Origin: Candidatus Omnitrophota bacterium
Lineage (GTDB): Bacteria > Omnitrophota > Gorgyraeia > Zapsychrales > JAKLDJ01
Assembly: GCA_022703585.1 (NCBI GenBank)
Contig: JAKLDJ010000001.1
Location: 676,006 to 740,005 of the forward strand
Direction of reading: 5' to 3'
Length of the DNA: 64,000 bases
Within the stretch, counting starts at the first letter, position 1, and every line of letters starts with the position of its first letter. The notes below the pieces were generated by a model. The model was not told the origin of the DNA and ran no database searches. It was given only the letters and a program-made list of their open reading frames with translations. A program made the translations under genes and the position numbers. Shown one piece after another: positions 58,323 through 64,000 of this stretch.

Positions 58323-59693
58323 TTATTGTCTTTTTTGTTCTTCTTCTCGTTGCCGGGAAACATAAAAAACAAAGAACAAAAATGACGGCAGGAGGGTGAA
58401 TAAAATGCGTTGCGCCGTCCTTGATAGCCGCCACAGCAAATCAAAATTGACGGTCGTCAGATAAACAAGAATGACAACCAGAAGATAGGCTACAAAAAAC
58501 AACGACAGTATTTTGTTTTCCCCCCGGAAACATTGCCGTGCCCCGAGAATAATTGCCGCGCCGGCCAGGGGCCAGAGAAAATGCCAGTGTGCGCCCAGCA
58601 ATTCCTGCCCGAGAAAGTTTATTGTCAGGCAGAGGCCCTCCCAATTTAAGAATGGAAATGATTCCGAAAATTTTGTTAGGGCGATGTCGCGGTTAGGCAC
58701 GGTCATAAATAATTTAAAGATAAGGATGGGCAACAACGACAGGGCCGTCGCCATGACCAAACATTTGATAAGTTTTAAGTTTTCCGCGCGCCTTGGAGAT
58801 TCCTTAAAAGACAAATAGAGGATAGTGATGCCAACCAATAGGAGCGTTATGACAATTCCTTCGTTCTTGGAAAAAGACATAAACCCGAGCATCAGGCCGG
58901 CAAGATAAGCGCATCCGTTGTCTTTTTCGCGGACAGTCGATGTCAGCACAATCAGAGTCGCCAACAAATAATAGGCCAGGATAATGTCGGCGTATTGCGA
59001 AGTCCCCAGCCCTATGTACGCCGGCAGGGATATAAGGGCTACGCAGACAAGGAAGGCTTTGGGGTTGTTTATGCGATACATGAGGCCTCCAAACAACAAT
59101 CCGGCGCAAGAGACCGTAAAGATCACAGAAACCAGTAGCGGAATTTCTGTTAAGGGACGATGTGATAAGCTCCAGCCCCAGACGTTTATAAAGGGTAACA
59201 GCAAGGGATAATCCGGCTGGGTGTGCCAGTGCAGTTTTGTGCTCACATCAGCCCAGCGGCTGCTGCTTAAAAGAAGAAACCGGGATTTCATGTTCCAAAT
59301 AGCCCAACCGTCCCACTCGCCAAAAGGATGCCCTTGAGCAAGGGCGTATATCACGAAAGCCGCCGCGGCAAAAAATCCCCAGCAAAAAAGATAAATCCAG
59401 GGAGAATTGCCGGATTTTATGGCAGGCCCCGGGAATATTTTAGTGCCGGAGAAATAGAGTATCGCACTGAGCAAGACGAAGAGAATGGTGTGAAGGCCCC
59501 AAATAGCGGCCGGATTAAATCCGTTGCATAAAAGAAAAGAGAGAAATGTTGTGAAAGAAGAGATCCCCAGGCCTGTCCCTATCGAAATAAAGAAATATAG
59601 AAAGGCATTAACGGATTTTGTTTCCTTAAGGAGAATACGGCATAACAAATAGCCGATTACAAATGAAACCAGAAACGGCAGAAGAGAAATCAT
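58323..59693 (-). CDS. polytopic membrane protein (456 aa), hypothetical
   Basis: About 12 TM helices. Overlaps the upstream minus-strand gene by 4 nt. Confidence 0.5.
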   Translation of the reverse strand: MISLLPFLVSFVIGYLLCRILLKETKSVNAFLYFFISIGTGLGISSFTTFLSFLLCNGFNPAAIWGLHTILFVLLSAILYFSGTKIFPGPAIKSGNSPWIYLFCWGFFAAAAFVIYALAQGHPFGEWDGWAIWNMKSRFLLLSSSRWADVSTKLHWHTQPDYPLLLPFINVWGWSLSHRPLTEIPLLVSVIFTVSCAGLLFGGLMYRINNPKAFLVCVALISLPAYIGLGTSQYADIILAYYLLATLIVLTSTVREKDNGCAYLAGLMLGFMSFSKNEGIVITLLLVGITILYLSFKESPRRAENLKLIKCLVMATALSLLPILIFKLFMTVPNRDIALTKFSESFPFLNWEGLCLTINFLGQELLGAHWHFLWPLAGAAIILGARQCFRGENKILSLFFVAYLLVVILVYLTTVNFDLLWRLSRTAQRILFTLLPSFLFFVFYVSRQREEEQKRQ

Positions 59694-60112
59694 AGGCCCC
59701 TTTGCGCCAGGATTTTTCCGTAAGGATTAATGAATGCCGGTTCGGCGGAGATTCCCTGCATGATGCCGAAGGCGTCGGCTAAATTCGTGCAGTCTAAGAT
59801 ATTTAACCGGTAATTGGGATTATTCAAATCCAGGATAACGGGCGCGAGGGTATATTGAGCAGCCAGAAACTGCCCGTCGTTTCGCTCGGGAGACATGTTT
59901 TTATCGGTTAAAAATCCAATTGCATTTATGCCCGTTAGCTTATCCTTGAAGTCGGCAAATTCAAATCCGGGACTTTTGCGGAAAATGCGGGATGCCCTAT
60001 GAAAAGCGACCGAACGATAGGCCTCTTTAAGGGAAGAGAAGTTAAGGCTGATGACGAAAAGAAGAAAGGCGGTAAGTATTAGTTTCGAGTTTAGATATTT
60101 GTGGGTTGCCAT
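59690..60112 (-). CDS. membrane-anchored or secreted protein, hypothetical
   Basis: N-terminal hydrophobic segment. 140 aa. Confidence 0.45.
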   Translation of the reverse strand: MATHKYLNSKLILTAFLLFVISLNFSSLKEAYRSVAFHRASRIFRKSPGFEFADFKDKLTGINAIGFLTDKNMSPERNDGQFLAAQYTLAPVILDLNNPNYRLNILDCTNLADAFGIMQGISAEPAFINPYGKILAQRGL

Positions 60113-60339
60113 AGTTGATAATTTTCTTTTTTAAGTATTTTACTACAATTTCCTCTTTTCTGCCCGAAAATGCCGTTATTGTCTTTTGGAAAGAATTAGA
60201 GTAAAATCATCGCTGGATTTTGTTTTTGGCAGAGGGGGGCGGCCCTCGATGTTATTCAACCGCCCCTGGGCGATAGGTCAACGGGCCGGGCCGCCCCTCC
60301 GGGTAACAATCGATTTTGTTCTCCTAAAATATTCCTTCT

Positions 60340-61455
60340 ATGGCAAACGAAGAAACTTCCCTTTATGTCCATATCCCTTTCTGCAAAAGTAAATGTTCTT
60401 TTTGCTCTTTCGTTGTTTGTGTTGCCAGAGAGCATCGCATTGACGATTACCTTACGAGCCTTGCTGTTGAAGCCGAACAGTACAAAGGCACAACTGTCAA
60501 AACCGTTTATATCGGCGGTGGAACGCCTACCTTACTGGGCACCAACCAGCTTCGGAAACTCCTTAAAGTCATTGATGAGAATTTCAAGTTTGATTCCACT
60601 GCCGAATTTACTATCGAGGCAAATCCTGAGACGATTGACTGTCTTAAATTAGAATTACTAAAAGATTCAAAAGTTAATCGTATCAGCCTCGGCATTCAAT
60701 CGCTGAATGACAAGTATTTAAATTTCTTAGGAAGAAACCACGATGCCGATTGCGCTTTAAGGGCGCTAGCGAATTTAAGAAAATCCGGTTTCTTGAACAT
60801 CAATCTGGACTTAATGTTTTCTTTTCCCGGGCAAACCCTCCCGGAACTTATCCAGGACGTGCGGGCCATAGCGGCGCTGGGCAGCGAACATTTATCGCTG
60901 TATACGCTGATGCCCGAGGAGGGGAGTCGGTTTTACAGGCAGGACATAAAAGTAAAAGATGATTTATTGCAGGCCGAATATTATGTCCGCATGGTAGAGC
61001 TTTTAGGAAAATCGGGTTTTGCGCAATACGAGATTAGCAATTTTGCAAAGTCCGGCCAAGAGTCGAGGCATAACTGCGTATATTGGCAAGGGGGAAATTA
61101 TATCGGCCTGGGGATAGGCGCGCATTCCCATAGGGACGGGATACGGTCTTGGAATACGTCTGACTTTCAGGAATATGTCTCCGGCACGAAAGAAAATCTT
61201 AAAATCATCGCGGGGAAAGAACAGCTTGACCCTTCCCAGCGGTTGGTTGAGACGCTGCTTTTCGGTCTGCGCATGACGCAAGGAGTAAACGTATCTAACC
61301 TTGAAGAACGATTCGGCTGCCTGTTACCGGATGACAAGGCTGATGCCCTTAATGATTTTATTGAAAACGGATTTCTTGTAAAAGAGGACGGCAAAATCAA
61401 GACAACCTTTAAGGGCCGCCTTGTTTTAGATGAGTTGTGCGCGAGGATGATTTGA
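60340..61455 (+). CDS. hemW: radical SAM family heme chaperone HemW (coproporphyrinogen III oxidase-like)
   Basis: LYVHIPFCKSKCSFCSF, a CxxxCxxC-type radical SAM motif, and a HemN C-terminal domain. Confidence 0.85.
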   Translation: MANEETSLYVHIPFCKSKCSFCSFVVCVAREHRIDDYLTSLAVEAEQYKGTTVKTVYIGGGTPTLLGTNQLRKLLKVIDENFKFDSTAEFTIEANPETIDCLKLELLKDSKVNRISLGIQSLNDKYLNFLGRNHDADCALRALANLRKSGFLNINLDLMFSFPGQTLPELIQDVRAIAALGSEHLSLYTLMPEEGSRFYRQDIKVKDDLLQAEYYVRMVELLGKSGFAQYEISNFAKSGQESRHNCVYWQGGNYIGLGIGAHSHRDGIRSWNTSDFQEYVSGTKENLKIIAGKEQLDPSQRLVETLLFGLRMTQGVNVSNLEERFGCLLPDDKADALNDFIENGFLVKEDGKIKTTFKGRLVLDELCARMI

Positions 61456-61482
61456 GAATATTTCTTTTGAAGAGCGCCGGAT

Positions 61483-61959
61483 TTAATCCTTTGGAATAAA
61501 AACTCTCTGGCAGCTGTGGCAGAAATATTGTTTTTCCCAGACCGCCTTTATTTTTTTGTAACGGTAAAGGCCCCGCCTGAAATTTTCAATCACAAGGCTT
61601 AAAATCGAATAAAACGGAATGGTGACGGCGCAGACAATCGCAACCGAGAGCCAGAAATAAATCTTGGGGCCGATACGGCTGGAGATAAGAGAACCCGTCG
61701 ATAGCCAGGAGACCACCAGGGCCATGAGGACAATCGCCCCGGCGGGGAGTTTTGTCTTCGGTTCCGAAGGCGGCGTTAAATGTTCGATTAATTTTGCCTT
61801 TTTATGGGGAGGCAGGCGGGATATTTCGGTCGCGATGGAGCCTTCGGCGAGAAATTTTATTCCTGCGTCGTTGGATTTTAGACGCTGGTACATCAAGGGC
61901 ACGGATTCGGTTTTATCTTTACGGCAGAAAGGGCAGGTTATCTCTTTTTCAAAATACAT
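61483..61959 (-). CDS. membrane protein with N- and C-terminal zinc-ribbon-like Cys pairs, hypothetical
   Basis: CPFCRK...CHSCQRVF pairs flanking two TM helices. Confidence 0.45.
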   Translation of the reverse strand: MYFEKEITCPFCRKDKTESVPLMYQRLKSNDAGIKFLAEGSIATEISRLPPHKKAKLIEHLTPPSEPKTKLPAGAIVLMALVVSWLSTGSLISSRIGPKIYFWLSVAIVCAVTIPFYSILSLVIENFRRGLYRYKKIKAVWEKQYFCHSCQRVFIPKD

Positions 61960-61992
61960 CGCCTGATTTTTTCTGTTAAAAATGCGCCTCGG

Positions 61993-63084
61993 CTACATGA
62001 TCCTAAAATCGATTCCGTTAGTTTGCGCAATTTCATCGCTGGTCTTAAAAAGTGATTGCAGCGAATCCGCAATCAATTTGCGGTAAGGGTCCTTCATTTT
62101 AACATTGCCAAGGATTGTTCGCGCTTGCCCCAAAAGGGATTTTATTTTCTTCAAGCTATATGTGAGGCTCTGGGATTCGATCAGGAATTCTCGTATAACC
62201 GCCAGGTCGTGATATGATTTTTTGGTTTTAGAAAAATAGCGCATGAAAACAGTGCGCCTTTTCGGGCTTAATTTTCGGTAGGCGCGGCAGACGAGGATAG
62301 TTTTCTTGAATTCCTCGATGTCGCTTAAGACCGATTTACCGATTGCTTTTTCAGAACCGAAAACCCCCAGGATGTCATCCTGTATCTGAAAGGCCTGCCC
62401 GATCATGATTCCCAGCTGTGAAAGTTTGCGGATATCATCCGGCTTTGCTCCGGCTAAGATGGCTCCGATGACCAAGGGACAAGCAAAGGTGTAGCGTGCG
62501 GTTTTAAGGGTATAGTTAAGAAAGATATCTTTTTCGGTTATGTTTTCTATTTTATCGACGCCGTGGATGATATCGATAAATTCTCCCATGGCGGTAAAGG
62601 CGGCGGTCTGGATAAAATATTTTAAAGCCTCTTCTTTGCGCTTTGGCGCTTCGTCAATCGACAAGAACGCGTCGATCGCCATGGCGTAGACGATGTCACC
62701 GGCGACAATACTTAAATCGTAACCCAGCCGTTCCTTATCCGTGGTCTTAACGGCCTTGGCTAAAAGTTTGTGCATGGTTGGTTTTCCCCGGCGCAGATCG
62801 GAGCGGTCGATAATGTCATCGTGGATAAGCATGAAATTATGTAAAAACTCGATACAGGTCGAGGCATTATAGAGCTTTCGTGATATGGCGCCTTTATTTT
62901 TGGAATACCCTTGGTAGCTGAGGATTAAAAGAAGGGGGCGGATACGTTTTCCCTTGCGCAAGGTGAAATCTTTGATGCTTTCAAAAAGGATGGGGTTGAT
63001 CAGGTGCAGTTTGTATTCGCGCTTGATGCGTTTTAAAAAATCTCCCAAGCTGACATCAATGTGTTTTTTAATGCGTTCAATCAT
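61993..63084 (-). CDS. polyprenyl diphosphate synthase family protein
   Basis: First DDxxD motif (LIHDDIIDRSDLRRGKPT) and second (FQIQDDILGVFG). Confidence 0.85.
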   Translation of the reverse strand: MIERIKKHIDVSLGDFLKRIKREYKLHLINPILFESIKDFTLRKGKRIRPLLLILSYQGYSKNKGAISRKLYNASTCIEFLHNFMLIHDDIIDRSDLRRGKPTMHKLLAKAVKTTDKERLGYDLSIVAGDIVYAMAIDAFLSIDEAPKRKEEALKYFIQTAAFTAMGEFIDIIHGVDKIENITEKDIFLNYTLKTARYTFACPLVIGAILAGAKPDDIRKLSQLGIMIGQAFQIQDDILGVFGSEKAIGKSVLSDIEEFKKTILVCRAYRKLSPKRRTVFMRYFSKTKKSYHDLAVIREFLIESQSLTYSLKKIKSLLGQARTILGNVKMKDPYRKLIADSLQSLFKTSDEIAQTNGIDFRIM

Positions 63085-63375
63085 TTCGGCCTCTTTTGAG
63101 CCCAGACACAGGGATAGCGGCTATTTTCTAAATTTTGTAAATCGGGATATATGGTAACACATGCGCACTCCGGCTTCAACCTGGATTTTGCACAGCCCTT
63201 GCCGAAGGCGGGGCAGGAAAAATCCACTCTCTGGGTTCAGCTAAGTTTTACGGCCGGGAATAGGCCGGCGCGGTGCGTAAAAATCATTTTTGGCCATACG
63301 AATATATTGACCGGGAACGGTAAAAAGAATACAATAAAACTCACTTTTAATAAAACGACAAAGAGGAGCCGCAGG

Positions 63376-64000
63376 ATGACTAAAAAAATGGTTTCTTTCG
63401 CATGCTGTCTATTTCTTCTAACCGGAATTTGTTCTGCCGAAACGATTTATCTTAAGAGCGGAAAAAAAATTCAGGGGCAGATCAGCGAGAGGGACGCAAA
63501 GAAAATCAAGGTTAGCGTTAGCGGTATTAATATGACCTACTATTTAGATGAGATCGAGCGTATTGAGATGGGGGTTTCGGCTCCGGCGGAAAGCAAGCCT
63601 CAGGCTAAACCGATCGAAATCTTAAGGCCTGTAAGTTCCACGCCCTCGATGCCGATGGTAAACTCTCCGGCTGCTCCTTCTCAGCCTCAAGGCAAAAGCC
63701 AGGCCCAGTCTCAAATATCGGATGTGTCGGTTTCCGTCTCGACAGCACCTGCCGTCAGCAAGCGTGAATTGATCTTAAATTATATCGAAGTGACCGGTGA
63801 GAAGCAAAATATGCGCCAACGGTTAGACCAGACGATGAGCCAGGTCCCCGCGGCGGATAGGGAAAAGATAAAGTCCCTGTTTAACGTTGATGAAATTATC
63901 GAGCAGATTATCCCTATTTATGATAAGTATTTTACGGAAGAAGACCTAGCAACTTTGATCGGATTTTATAAAAGTCCCCTGTATCGGAAATTGGCCATGA
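63376..64000 (+). CDS. secreted protein, 3'-partial (continues beyond window), possibly DUF2059-like
   Basis: GGAG SD and a signal peptide (ICSA). Frame open to the window end. C-terminal FYKSPLYRKL resembles DUF2059. Confidence 0.5.
   Translation, partial: MTKKMVSFACCLFLLTGICSAETIYLKSGKKIQGQISERDAKKIKVSVSGINMTYYLDEIERIEMGVSAPAESKPQAKPIEILRPVSSTPSMPMVNSPAAPSQPQGKSQAQSQISDVSVSVSTAPAVSKRELILNYIEVTGEKQNMRQRLDQTMSQVPAADREKIKSLFNVDEIIEQIIPIYDKYFTEEDLATLIGFYKSPLYRKLAM

Overview
This 64 kb window is a gene-dense bacterial chromosomal region, with most genes on the + strand. Translation and glycosyltransferase content suggests a Gram-negative, possibly uncultivated lineage, but this cannot be verified without a database search.

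Confidently recognisable housekeeping genes:
- prfB, carrying the canonical programmed +1 frameshift site, and secA.
- lnt and an lpxL-family acyltransferase.
- A V-type H+-pyrophosphatase.
- purN, eno, ftsB, carB, tatA/tatC and hemW.
- A polyprenyl synthase and an RsmB-like and an RlmI-like methyltransferase.
- A MarR-TolC-MFP-ABC efflux operon.

The non-routine content is:
1. An FtsH-family protease with two complete tandem AAA+ modules in one ORF.
2. Three tandem TMTC/DUF1736-like membrane glycosyltransferase paralogs with C-terminal TPR arrays.
3. A tRNA locus (a tRNA-Phe-like gene with non-canonical D/T loops, an intact tRNA-Thr(CGU), and a 5'-disrupted second tRNA-Thr copy) interleaved with a family of at least six 40-53 nt imperfect hairpin repeats.
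4. An initiator tRNA-fMet followed by a 1.3 kb islet (GIY-YIG nuclease plus a secreted protein) that ends in a 19-nt direct repeat of the tRNA 3' half.
5. A secreted MopE-like Cys/Asp-repeat protein whose C-terminal ~70 aa domain is repeated immediately downstream as a divergent start-less cassette.
6. An envelope/metal-stress module: ECF sigma, zf-HC2 anti-sigma, CpxP/Spy/ZraP-like protein, HExxH lipoprotein, His-rich secreted protein and ZupT.
7. Several orphan receiver-domain proteins with no histidine kinase in the window: one membrane-anchored, one with three REC domains, one CheY-like.
8. Possible glycolipid/lipid-modification modules: a YfhO-like GT-C plus GT2 pair, and a weakly supported DUF45 / DUF2156-like / 708-aa membrane protein group.

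No CRISPR array, integrase, transposase or reverse transcriptase was seen. All coordinates and motifs come from reading the sequence and ORF track. Family names rest on remembered motifs and have not been checked against a database.
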